A DNA stretch of 64,000 nt from Candidatus Omnitrophota bacterium (GTDB lineage: Bacteria; Omnitrophota; Gorgyraeia; JABMRN01; RBG-13-46-9): positions 1 through 64,000 of the forward strand of contig JABMQJ010000018.1 of NCBI GenBank assembly GCA_013203315.1, written 5' to 3'. Below the pieces are notes generated by a model, which worked only from the letters and a program-made list of their open reading frames with translations, had not been told where the DNA came from and did no database searches. Below, piece after piece: positions 1 through 9,032 of the stretch (the first letter of the stretch is position 1; every line of letters starts with the position of its first letter). The position numbers and the translations under genes are program-made.

Positions 1-18
1 CCCCCCCCCCCCCCCCCC
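1..18. repeat. poly-C homopolymer (18 nt) at window start, probably a sequencing/assembly-end artefact
   Basis: 18 consecutive C at positions 1-18 (poly-G on the minus strand) in an otherwise AT-rich sequence. Confidence 0.8.
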
Positions 19-62
19 GCACGAGAATAGGGCAAGTTTATGTGTTTCAACGGATTTTTTCT

Positions 63-78
63 TTGGCACGAAATTGGC
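63..78 (+). promoter_or_regulatory. candidate sigma54 (-24/-12) promoter
   Basis: TTGGCACGAAATTGGC: GG at 65-66, 10-nt spacer, GC at 77-78. The -24 element matches TGGCACG perfectly; the -12 element is TGGC (consensus TTGC). It lies about 100 nt upstream of the first CDS. Confidence 0.35.
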
Positions 79-177
79 GTTATGCTGTGTGTCTCGTTCC
101 AAAAAGAACTCTGGCGGCTGGAAAAATGCGAATGTTATTGGCATTAATACGGGATTTTACAGTTAGAAAGAAAATTT

Positions 178-1386
178 ATGAAAAATAGTAAAACATTTTG
201 GAATATCTGGACATCATATGCCACGTATTACTTCGGAAAAGTAAATTTAAGTATAGTAGTTCCGGCGCTTTTGGCTACATACAAAGATTTGAATTTATAT
301 AGCGTTGGTTTGGTCTCAAGCGGGTTTTTCTTTGCGTATGCATTAGGACAATTTTTACATGGCCAGATTTCGGAAAGACATAATCCGTTTATCTATATTG
401 CAGTGGGTCTAATCGGTTCTTCAGTTATGAATTTGTTTCTCGGCTTTTCTGGTGGATTTTTCATAATATTATTTCTTGGAGAGGTTCTTGACGGCCTTTT
501 TCAATCAATGGGTTGGTCGTCTTGTGTAAGGGCAAATGCCTTGACACAAAAGAGCAAGGATAGAGAGGTCTCATCTACAATATTAGGTACATCATATCAG
601 GTAGGCAATTCTGTAGCATGGCTTATATCTTCTTTTGCTGTAGGCGCATGGGGTTGGCGGGCCGGTTTCTGGGTCGCAAGTGGTTTCTTGTTTGTAAGAG
701 GAGTATTATTATTATTGACAAAACCAAAACTACAAATAATACCTCCCCAGAAAGTGAAGACCCAACTAAAAAATACATTATCCCTTCCGATTGTATTAAG
801 CGGCATAGCATTATGCTTATTAAATATGGTTAGGTACGGCGTTATCACGTGGATCCCATTATATTTGTTTAAGGCACAGAATTTTGCAGTAGAACAAATG
901 GGGAAGGTAGGCCTGAAGGTATTCTTACTTCCTATCGCAGGAGTTTTGGGCACTTTGATATATAATAAACTCAAAGTCAACAGAGACGTCCTTACTATCA
1001 TATGCCTAATAATGCTGGCAGCCAGTTTTGTAGCCTTGCCGTTTACCACGGGCTTACTGTCAACATTAATGTTATTAGTTGGCAGTTTTTTCCTGTATGG
1101 CCCTCATGTCTTCTTGGTCACAACCTTTCCTACGCGTTTTGTAGATAAACAAGTAGTTGCGGCTTCTACGGGATTCATAGACGGAATGGGTTATATCGGC
1201 ACAGTATTAATAGGCATAATTATTCCCTTTTTGGTTACGTCGGCAAAAGGCAACTGGACAAATGTATTCATATTCTGGGCTGCTCTTTCAATTATGGTGG
1301 CTATCTTTGTCCTTGTCATTTATGTCAGGAGCTTTAAGGATAAAACAATAGATTTTCTAACACTTAATAATCAGGTTAACACCTGA
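178..1386 (+). CDS. MFS transporter, organophosphate:Pi antiporter (GlpT/UhpT/PgtP-like) family
   Basis: 402 aa with about 12 hydrophobic segments. SYATYYFGKVN resembles GlpT GYAAYYLVRKN, FQSMGW and NMVRYG resemble OPA-family motifs, and GFIDGMGYIG lies near the C-terminus. Confidence 0.85.
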   Translation: MKNSKTFWNIWTSYATYYFGKVNLSIVVPALLATYKDLNLYSVGLVSSGFFFAYALGQFLHGQISERHNPFIYIAVGLIGSSVMNLFLGFSGGFFIILFLGEVLDGLFQSMGWSSCVRANALTQKSKDREVSSTILGTSYQVGNSVAWLISSFAVGAWGWRAGFWVASGFLFVRGVLLLLTKPKLQIIPPQKVKTQLKNTLSLPIVLSGIALCLLNMVRYGVITWIPLYLFKAQNFAVEQMGKVGLKVFLLPIAGVLGTLIYNKLKVNRDVLTIICLIMLAASFVALPFTTGLLSTLMLLVGSFFLYGPHVFLVTTFPTRFVDKQVVAASTGFIDGMGYIGTVLIGIIIPFLVTSAKGNWTNVFIFWAALSIMVAIFVLVIYVRSFKDKTIDFLTLNNQVNT

Positions 1387-1412
1387 CCTATAAGATAACA
1401 GAGGTATGGCAA

Positions 1413-1994
1413 ATGGCCAATAATAATTTTGCAGGAACTATTTTTATCACCGGAATTTCTGTTTCTGGGAAATCAACATTAGGAAGGCGCCTCAAAGAGG
1501 ATTTGCTGAATTACGGATTAGATAACGTAAAGCTTCTTGATGGAGAGGCTGTACGAGAACAGCTTGAAAAACGCGGAAAATATTACGAATATTCCACAGA
1601 AGATCGGAACAAAGTAGCCATGGAAATCGCACATATAGCACTAGAATACAATATGGAAGGGATTAATTGTATTGCGTGTTCGATATGCCATAAAAAGAAA
1701 ACACGTGAACAAATGCGCGCTGTTATTGGCAATTTTATGGAAGTATATCTAGATTGTCCTGTAAGTGTTTGCGCAAAGAGAGATTACAAAGGTCAATATG
1801 TCAAAGCGCTTCAAGGAGCGTATAAAAATTTTGTAGGAATTACCGAAGCATATCAGATTTCTGACCACGTAGAACTTATTCTAAATACAAGCGAAAACAC
1901 CGTAGAAGAATGCCTGAGGGTTTTGTCTGCAAAAGCTAAAAATTTTCTTTTAAGTAAAAGCAAAAGAGTTGATTATGAGCAAACTCACAACTAA
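1413..1994 (+). CDS. cysC: adenylyl-sulfate (APS) kinase
   Basis: P-loop ITGISVSGKST, LLDGEAVR, EVYLDCP..C..RDYKG.Y and FVGI..AY; SD GAGG upstream. Confidence 0.88.
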   Translation: MANNNFAGTIFITGISVSGKSTLGRRLKEDLLNYGLDNVKLLDGEAVREQLEKRGKYYEYSTEDRNKVAMEIAHIALEYNMEGINCIACSICHKKKTREQMRAVIGNFMEVYLDCPVSVCAKRDYKGQYVKALQGAYKNFVGITEAYQISDHVELILNTSENTVEECLRVLSAKAKNFLLSKSKRVDYEQTHN

Positions 1995-2025
1995 TCAAGT
2001 ATTTACGTTGTTAGGATTAAGATAA

Positions 2026-4206
2026 ATGAAAAAAAACATAAAGATATTTTGCACCCTAGGTCCGTCTTCAATGAACCGTGAAATCATTGCCAAGCTTGAT
2101 AATCTCGGCATAGATATGTTTCGCGTCAATCTTTCACATACTGATATTGATAAACTAGAAGAAACAATATCAAAAATACGGCAGCATACCGATAAACCCA
2201 TATGTCTTGATACGGAGGGAGCGCAGATTCGCGTTGGCTATGTGAAAAACAATGACATCTCTTTAATAGAGAATAGTATAGTCAGGATTGTAAAGCGAAA
2301 AATAGTTGGAAATTCTTCCAAGATTTCACTTAATCCACCGTCTTCGGTAGAACAGATTGTCCCGGGAGACTTGATAAGCATAGATTTTGATTCGGTGCTT
2401 TTACAAGTTATCGAATGCACTCATGATTCGGTAATTGCTAAGGTTGTTTCCGGCGGTACCGTAGGTAGTAATAAAGCTGTAACTGTGGACAGGTTGATAA
2501 AACTCCCAGCTATTTCCACAAAGGATGAAATGGCTATAAAAATTGGGTTAAAAACTGGCATACAACACTTTGCATTATCGTTTGCGGGAAGCAAAGATGA
2601 TATTTATCATTTTCGCAAACTTGTAGGCAAAGGAGCGCGTATAATTTCCAAAATTGAAAACAAAAAAGGTATAGAGAACATAGACGAAATTATTGAAGCG
2701 TCAGATTCGATACTAATTGACAGGGGCGATCTTTCAAGGGAAGAACCTATTGAAAAAATACCTTTCATGCAGAAATTAATTATAAAAAAAGCCAACACTA
2801 AGAATGTACCTGTCTACGTTGCTACGAATTTACTAGAGTCAATGATAAAAAGCAAGAATCCTACAAGGGCAGAAATAAATGACATAATCAATACGCTTTT
2901 AGATGGTGCGGACGGGCTCGTGTTAGCGGCAGAAACCGCTATTGGGTTATATCCTTTAAATTGCGTTACCATGGTGCGCAAGACAATCAAACAATTTTTG
3001 AATTTTTCTGGCAACATGTCTATAAAAAAACTTCAAAAACATGATTCGTTCTTATTGATAGAACCACACGGAGGTAGCCTTGTAGAGAACGTGGCAGATA
3101 ATCCCAACATGAATGAGATTAAAAAATACAAAATTCTAAAAGTCGACAAAAATATATTGCTAGATGCAGAACAAATAGCCATCGGAACTTTTTCGCCATT
3201 GAAGGGTTTCATGAAAAAGGAAGAAGTTGAATCTGTTCTTAAGGAATATAGGCTTCCTAGCGGTATTATTTGGCCTATACCAATTGTACTCCAGATGAAT
3301 AAAAGGGAGATTGAAGGCATAAGTCGCGGGGACAAAGTTGCTTTAGCTTGTAAAGGTACGAACGAGATATACTCAATATTAAATGTAGAACAGATTTATA
3401 AATATGACTTGTCTAAATTCACGAAAGAAACCTTCGGAACCAACAGCATTAAACACCCAGGGGTAAAGCGATCCATGCTTAATGGAGAGTATTTTCTCGG
3501 AGGGACAGTAGAGCTTGTAAAACGTCTTCCTTCAAAATATAAACATCTCGAGATTACGCCAAAACAAGCACGGGCTATTTTTGAAACAAAGGGGTGGAGT
3601 AAAATTATAGGATTCCACACCAGGAACGTTATACATAACGTGCATGAATATATACAGATAGCTGCCTTAGAAAGCTGTGGTTGTGATGGTGTATTTGTTC
3701 ATCCCATTGTTGGTCCGAAGAAGAAAGGTGATTACGCGGAAGATATAATTTTAAAAACATATCAGCTTATGTTGGACAATTTCTATCCAAAAGGAAAAAT
3801 GTTTTTAGGAGCTTTCCAAACTTATTCGAGATATGCAGGGCCAAGAGAGGCGGTATTTACCGCTTTGTGCAGAAAAAACTTTGGATGCAGTCATTTTATA
3901 ATCGGACGAGATCACACAGGGGTTGCCAATTACTATAAGCCATATGATGTGCATGCGTTATTTGATAGACTAGGAGACATCGGTGTGAAACCCATATTTT
4001 TTAAAGAAATGCATTATTGCGTATTGTGCAATAAGTATGTCGATAAATGCGGGCATGCTAACAACAATATTTTACAAATAAGCGGAAGCCGAGGTCGTAA
4101 GATTTTGAAATCACAACAACAACCGCCCGAATGGTTTATGAGAAAAGAGATTTCAGATCTTATTTTAAACGAGTTAAAAAACGGCGAAAAAGTTTTTGTA
4201 AATTAA
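2026..4206 (+). CDS. sat: fusion protein: N-terminal pyruvate-kinase-like A/B domains (about aa 1-325) plus C-terminal Sat-type sulfate adenylyltransferase (about aa 343-726)
   Basis: PK motifs: KIFCTLGP, RVNLSH, SKIEN, RGDL, ATNLLESM, PTRAE..D, DGADG..L..ETA. Sat motifs: EPHGG, G.FSPL.GFM, HTRNVIHNVHE, RYAGPREA, GRDH, zinc-site-like YCVLC..CGH, PPEWFMRKEI. Single uninterrupted ORF. Confidence 0.9.
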   Translation: MKKNIKIFCTLGPSSMNREIIAKLDNLGIDMFRVNLSHTDIDKLEETISKIRQHTDKPICLDTEGAQIRVGYVKNNDISLIENSIVRIVKRKIVGNSSKISLNPPSSVEQIVPGDLISIDFDSVLLQVIECTHDSVIAKVVSGGTVGSNKAVTVDRLIKLPAISTKDEMAIKIGLKTGIQHFALSFAGSKDDIYHFRKLVGKGARIISKIENKKGIENIDEIIEASDSILIDRGDLSREEPIEKIPFMQKLIIKKANTKNVPVYVATNLLESMIKSKNPTRAEINDIINTLLDGADGLVLAAETAIGLYPLNCVTMVRKTIKQFLNFSGNMSIKKLQKHDSFLLIEPHGGSLVENVADNPNMNEIKKYKILKVDKNILLDAEQIAIGTFSPLKGFMKKEEVESVLKEYRLPSGIIWPIPIVLQMNKREIEGISRGDKVALACKGTNEIYSILNVEQIYKYDLSKFTKETFGTNSIKHPGVKRSMLNGEYFLGGTVELVKRLPSKYKHLEITPKQARAIFETKGWSKIIGFHTRNVIHNVHEYIQIAALESCGCDGVFVHPIVGPKKKGDYAEDIILKTYQLMLDNFYPKGKMFLGAFQTYSRYAGPREAVFTALCRKNFGCSHFIIGRDHTGVANYYKPYDVHALFDRLGDIGVKPIFFKEMHYCVLCNKYVDKCGHANNNILQISGSRGRKILKSQQQPPEWFMRKEISDLILNELKNGEKVFVN

Positions 4207-4228
4207 AGAAAAGGAAATAACAAATACA

Positions 4229-5104
4229 ATGCTACAGAACATGGATCATAAATTAAAAAAATTAATTCCACTTAAGCTGAAAAATAGTATCAAGATGCAT
4301 ATGCACGCAAGACGTATAACCAAGGGGGATAAAAAAATATTGTTGTATTTTGAAAAAAATAACATAAAAAACGCTATCCTTTCATGCGGATGGAGAAAAA
4401 GCGGAAATACTTGGTTTAAATTTGTTTTGTATAATTATTTTAATATCCTTATTAACAACGCGAATAAGACGCTTACATTCGAGGAGTTAAAAGAGCATGA
4501 CATAGGAAATCTGGAAGGAGGGTATACTAAACCACGCAAACCCGGTTTTCCCGTATATTACAGTACACATGAGGCTTACCGCAGAATCTTTAGTTACTTT
4601 TTCCGGGTTATTTTTATATATCGAAACCCCTTGGATGCCTGCTTGTCGTATTACTATAATCGCATGGATAGGGTGACTAATTTTAGGGGCGGTTTCCCGA
4701 ATTCGGAGATAAAAAAACTGTATGATATAGATTACTTCGCACTATATAATTTACCCTACTGGATTTATCATTATAAGTCGACAATAGATAAAGCCGATGC
4801 AGTCTTATGCTATGAAGAGATGAGAAAAAATCCATATAGCCAATTTCATAAGGCATTTAAAGAAGCTGGTATTGAAATAAACGAAAATGCTTTAGCTAAA
4901 TCTATTGAAATGTCATCCTTTGATAACATAAGAAAAATGGGTAGAGAAACGAATCAACGCTATGGGGCACAGCACCCAAAGATATTTAAAGGAGAATTTA
5001 CCAGATCCGGCAAATCTAAGCAATATACAGGGACTCTTAAGGCGGGGACGATACAAAAGGCTCAAAAGTTATTGAACGCAAATAGAATTGATATAGTACT
5101 TTAG
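4229..5104 (+). CDS. PAPS-dependent sulfotransferase
   Basis: 5'-PSB-like GWRKSGNTW, 3'-PB-like YRNPLD..LSYY, YEEM and C-terminal F.RSG; adjacent to sat and cysC. Confidence 0.85.
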   Translation: MLQNMDHKLKKLIPLKLKNSIKMHMHARRITKGDKKILLYFEKNNIKNAILSCGWRKSGNTWFKFVLYNYFNILINNANKTLTFEELKEHDIGNLEGGYTKPRKPGFPVYYSTHEAYRRIFSYFFRVIFIYRNPLDACLSYYYNRMDRVTNFRGGFPNSEIKKLYDIDYFALYNLPYWIYHYKSTIDKADAVLCYEEMRKNPYSQFHKAFKEAGIEINENALAKSIEMSSFDNIRKMGRETNQRYGAQHPKIFKGEFTRSGKSKQYTGTLKAGTIQKAQKLLNANRIDIVL

Positions 5105-5127
5105 AATTTAAACAGAAGGGGTAACAG

Positions 5128-6144
5128 TTGAAGATACTTGTAACCGGAGGAGCAGGCTATATAGGCTCCGTAATAGTTAACCTAGCTTTGAAAAGCGGTT
5201 TCAAGGTCAAAGCCGTAGACGCGCTTTGGTATGACAAAAACGTCCCTATAATAAACTTCAATGACCCCAATTACGAGTTTAAAAGGCTCGATATACGTGA
5301 TAGCGTATTTTTGAATGAGTGCCTTGAAGACGTGGATTTTGTCGTGCATACTGCCGCCGTAGTTGGCGAACCAGCGGGAAAGAAATTCTCAGACCTTACA
5401 TATAGAGTCAACTACGAAGCTTCGAAACGGCTTATAGATAAATTAGAAGAAAAACAAGTGAAAGGCTTTATATTTCTTTCAACGTGCTCAAATTATGGAA
5501 TTTCCGATGGTTTAATAAACGAAACAGCCTTACTTAAACCTCTTTCTCTTTACGCAGAGACAAAGGTTAATATCGAAAGATATCTAACCAATAACGCAAA
5601 AAGCTTGGATTGGGTTATATGCAGGCTCTCGACAGCCTATGGATCTTCTCCTAGGATGAGATTCGATTTAACGGTTAACGACTTTACAGTAAATGCCCTT
5701 TTGAACAAGATGTTAGAGGTTTATTTACCAAAAACGTATAGACCATATATACATGTCTATGATATCGCACGCGTGATATTACGAATTATATCAGATTTTG
5801 ACAGAGTCAAAAACAATGTATTTAATGTGGGATTTGAAGGGGAAAATTATCAAAAATACCAGATAGCTGAAATCATAGAGAAATTTGTGCCTAGCACGGA
5901 AATAAAGATTATCAAAAAAGGGATAGATGCCCGAAATTACAAAGTGGATTTTTCGAAACTTAAGAAATTTTTAAATATCGAAAAAATCCATACAGTGAAG
6001 TCAGGAGTAAAAGAGATCGTAGATCTTGTAGAGAAAGGCATAATAACCAATTATAAAGATAAAAAATATTACAATACTTTTCTGGATCTAAAGGAAGAAA
6101 TAGACTATAACGCATTCCTCAAATCGGAGATCAAAGCTAAATGA
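5128..6144 (+). CDS. NAD-dependent nucleotide-sugar epimerase/dehydratase (extended SDR)
   Basis: TTG start after SD GAAGGGG; ILVTGGAGYIG, STCSNYG, YAETK, SPRMRFDL. Confidence 0.9.
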   Translation: MKILVTGGAGYIGSVIVNLALKSGFKVKAVDALWYDKNVPIINFNDPNYEFKRLDIRDSVFLNECLEDVDFVVHTAAVVGEPAGKKFSDLTYRVNYEASKRLIDKLEEKQVKGFIFLSTCSNYGISDGLINETALLKPLSLYAETKVNIERYLTNNAKSLDWVICRLSTAYGSSPRMRFDLTVNDFTVNALLNKMLEVYLPKTYRPYIHVYDIARVILRIISDFDRVKNNVFNVGFEGENYQKYQIAEIIEKFVPSTEIKIIKKGIDARNYKVDFSKLKKFLNIEKIHTVKSGVKEIVDLVEKGIITNYKDKKYYNTFLDLKEEIDYNAFLKSEIKAK

Positions 6145-7313
6145 ACTATAAAATACCTCTTTCGGTTCCTGTGGCAAATGGAAATGAGTGGAAGTATGTC
6201 AAAGAGTGCTTGGATACCGCTTGGCTGGCTTCAGGGAAATTTGTAGATAAATTTGAAAAAGCAATTTGTCAATATACGAAAGCGAAATTTGCTATTGCGT
6301 GTATAAACGGAACTTCAGGCTTACAACTTGCCCTGCGTTTATCCGGCGTGAAAACCAACGATGAAATTATAGTTCCCACGTTGACATTCATAGCACCGGT
6401 AAATGTAATTTCATATCTTGGTGCCGAACCTGTTTTTATGGACTGCGATGACTATATGAATTTGGATGTTGAAAAATTAAATCAATTCTGTAAAGACGAA
6501 TGTAAATTAACAAAATCAGGTTTAAGAAACAAGAGAACTGGACGGATAATTAGGGCTGTGGTACCGGTTCACATATTCGGCAATCCATGTGATATGACAA
6601 ACATAATGAAAATAGCGCACAAGTATAACTTAAAAGTCATTGAGGATGCAGCAGAGAGCCTTGGTTCATATTTTAAAGGAGGTTTGTATAAAAATAGGTT
6701 TACGGGGACCATAGGGGATTTTGGAGTTTATTCTTTCAATGGGAATAAAATTATTACGACAGGCGGCGGCGGGATGCTAGTTACAAACAACAGAAAATTG
6801 GCAGAAAAAGCAAGATATTTTGCCACACAGGCCAAAAATGACCCTATAAATTATGTCCATAGTGAAATCGGATATAATTTTAGGTTATCAAATATACAAT
6901 CAGCCTTGGGAATAGCCCAACTAGAACGCTTGGAGAATGTTATTAAAATAAAGAAGAAAAATTACGACCTTTATAAAAAGGAGCTAAGTGATATATGTGA
7001 AGTGGAGCTGTTGGGTGCCCCGGAAGATACAAGGCCCAATTATTGGTTCTATTCTTTAATTATCGAAAAGAAGATGTGTGGTATGGGCAAGGAAGGACTA
7101 ACACGTAGATTTCTTGAGAATGGAATACAAGCAAGGCCTATATGGTATCTAAACCATATGCAGAAACCATACCGTAACAAGCAAGCATTTAAAATAGAGA
7201 AAGCAATATGGTTTTGGAAAAGAACCCTGAACATGCCATGCAGCCCCAATCTTGCAGAAAAAGAAATTAAGAAAATTTCGTCGATTATAAAAAATAAAAA
7301 TACAAAAAGGTAA
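6141..7313 (+). CDS. legC: LegC-family PLP-dependent sugar aminotransferase (DegT/DnrJ/EryC1/StrS)
   Basis: IPLSVP...GNEWKYVKEC, PTLTFIA, EDAAESLG, SFNGNKIITTGGGG; nonulosonate gene context. Confidence 0.88.
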   Translation: MNYKIPLSVPVANGNEWKYVKECLDTAWLASGKFVDKFEKAICQYTKAKFAIACINGTSGLQLALRLSGVKTNDEIIVPTLTFIAPVNVISYLGAEPVFMDCDDYMNLDVEKLNQFCKDECKLTKSGLRNKRTGRIIRAVVPVHIFGNPCDMTNIMKIAHKYNLKVIEDAAESLGSYFKGGLYKNRFTGTIGDFGVYSFNGNKIITTGGGGMLVTNNRKLAEKARYFATQAKNDPINYVHSEIGYNFRLSNIQSALGIAQLERLENVIKIKKKNYDLYKKELSDICEVELLGAPEDTRPNYWFYSLIIEKKMCGMGKEGLTRRFLENGIQARPIWYLNHMQKPYRNKQAFKIEKAIWFWKRTLNMPCSPNLAEKEIKKISSIIKNKNTKR

Positions 7314-7321
7314 CACGTTTG

Positions 7322-7960
7322 ATGGCTAAAAAAATAAAAGAAGATATTGTGTTAATTGGCGGAGGGGGACATGCAAAGGTTGTAATAGATGCTGTCCGAA
7401 AAGTAAAGAAAATCAGAATTTACGGCATAGTGGACTCGAAGTTACGCAAGGGCGATTCTTTCTTGGGGGTACCGATTTTAGGAGACGATAGTGTTCTTCC
7501 AGAGCTATTTAAAAAAGGGATTAAAAAGGCTTTTATTGCTGTAGGTTCAATTGGGGGCTGCAGTATAAGGAAAAAACTCTATGCTAATTTAAAAAATATA
7601 GGCTTTGAACTTCCAGCGATAAAGCATCAGGGAGCTGTCATAGCCGGTGATGTCAAAATTGGAGAAGGGAGCTTTGTTGCAGCCGGTGCAGTCATAAATC
7701 CGGGAGTAAAAATAGGAAAGAACGTGATAATTAATACAAGAGCATCGATCGACCACGATTGTGAAATAGGGGATTTTGTTCACATTGCACCAGGGGTTAC
7801 ATTAAGCGGGGGAGTAAAGATAGATAAAGAAACCCATGTAGGTACAGGCGCTAATATAATACAGTACGTGAAAATTGGCAAAGGATGTTTAATCTCGGCC
7901 GGGAGTACAATTATCAGAAATGTAGCAGATAAGGAGAATAATTGTGAATTCAAAAAATGA
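7322..7960 (+). CDS. neuD: NeuD/PglD-family sugar acetyltransferase (hexapeptide repeat)
   Basis: IGGGGHAKVVID, IINTRASIDHDC.IGDFVHIAPG and left-handed beta-helix repeats. ATG at 7322 (in-frame TTG at 7319). Confidence 0.88.
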   Translation: MAKKIKEDIVLIGGGGHAKVVIDAVRKVKKIRIYGIVDSKLRKGDSFLGVPILGDDSVLPELFKKGIKKAFIAVGSIGGCSIRKKLYANLKNIGFELPAIKHQGAVIAGDVKIGEGSFVAAGAVINPGVKIGKNVIINTRASIDHDCEIGDFVHIAPGVTLSGGVKIDKETHVGTGANIIQYVKIGKGCLISAGSTIIRNVADKENNCEFKK

Positions 7961-9032
7961 ACGAATTAAAAAATTAAATATCTCACCGGATACTACACTA
8001 AAAACAGCTATGCGCGCTCTAAACGCTGGAGATGCCAGGGTTCTTTTTGTAATGGATAATGAGCAAAGACTTATAGGTTGTGTTACAGATGGCGATGTAC
8101 GAAGGGGTATTTTGAATGCTATTGGATTCGAAAGGCCTGTTTCAGAGATTATGTTTAAGTTTCCACGTTTTGTCAGACAATTTGAAAAAGATTTTAAAGA
8201 GAAGGCAAGACAATACGTGCTTGACGAAAAACTTTACACAATTCCAGTTCTGGATTCATCAGACAGGATAGTAGATGTTCTTTTTTGGCATGAATTCATA
8301 GACAAACACCCTCTTGAGCCTAAGGAAGTAAAGCAAATTACAAATCCCATTGTAATAATGGCAGGTGGAAAGGGCGAAAGACTCAATCCTTTTACAAGGA
8401 TACTACCAAAACCGCTTATTCCTTTCGGCGATAAGCCTATAATAGAAAAAATAATGGATAACTTTGCAAAACACGGTTTCAGAAATTTCATACTGACTCT
8501 TAATTATAAAAAGGAGTTTATAAAAATGTATCTTAAAGAAAGCAAGCTTCCTTACAACATAGAAGTGGTTGAGGAAGAAAAGTTTCTTGGTAGCGCTGGA
8601 AGTCTAGTGTTTTTAAAAGATAAAGTTAAAGAAACTTTTTTTGTGTGTAACTGTGATACTTTTTTAATAAATAATTTCAGAAACATATTACTTTGGCATA
8701 AGGGTGAACAAGCGCTCCTTACACTCATAGGTTGTCATAAAGAAACAATACTTCCTTATGGCGTTCTAAGGGTAGACAACGGTTGCCTAAACTCTATTGA
8801 GGAGAAACCCAAATTCGACATGATTATAAACACAGGCGTTTATCTAATTGAGCCAGAGGTCTTATCGTTAATAAAGCCCGGAGAATATATAGATATGAAT
8901 CGCCTCGTAGAAAGGGTTTTGAAGAAGGGTAAAGTGACTGTTTTCCCTGTGGTTGATGGTTGGTCTGATATAGGACAATGGAAGGAATATAACGAGAGTT
9001 TGCATTTACTGCAGAATGGTATAGAAAGATGA
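7944..9032 (+). CDS. CBS-domain nucleotidyltransferase (PtmE-like, sugar-1-phosphate guanylyltransferase type)
   Basis: N-terminal CBS pair (TDGDVRRG), then IMAGGKGERL.P.T...PKPL, EEKP and DIG; typical of legionaminic acid loci. Confidence 0.85.
   Translation: MNSKNERIKKLNISPDTTLKTAMRALNAGDARVLFVMDNEQRLIGCVTDGDVRRGILNAIGFERPVSEIMFKFPRFVRQFEKDFKEKARQYVLDEKLYTIPVLDSSDRIVDVLFWHEFIDKHPLEPKEVKQITNPIVIMAGGKGERLNPFTRILPKPLIPFGDKPIIEKIMDNFAKHGFRNFILTLNYKKEFIKMYLKESKLPYNIEVVEEEKFLGSAGSLVFLKDKVKETFFVCNCDTFLINNFRNILLWHKGEQALLTLIGCHKETILPYGVLRVDNGCLNSIEEKPKFDMIINTGVYLIEPEVLSLIKPGEYIDMNRLVERVLKKGKVTVFPVVDGWSDIGQWKEYNESLHLLQNGIER

Noticed and set aside
1-18. Poly-C tract as a phase-variation switch or G-quadruplex
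   Set aside because: It sits exactly at the sequence start. A terminal poly-G/C run is a common two-colour sequencing or assembly artefact, and no flanking context is available.
19-177. Possible IS end or integrase attachment site in the leader (GCACGA occurs twice; TGTCTCGTTCCAAAAA)
   Set aside because: No transposase or integrase, matching inverted repeat or target duplication was found in the window.
1413-1994. CysC-like gene as a phosphoramidate (MeOPN) pathway kinase
   Set aside because: No PEP-synthase-like glutamine kinase or its partner genes were seen, and a Sat domain is directly adjacent.
1413-4206. sat/cysC as evidence of dissimilatory or assimilatory sulfate reduction
   Set aside because: No apr, dsr, cysH or cysIJ genes are here; the adjacent sulfotransferase points to PAPS supply for sulfation.
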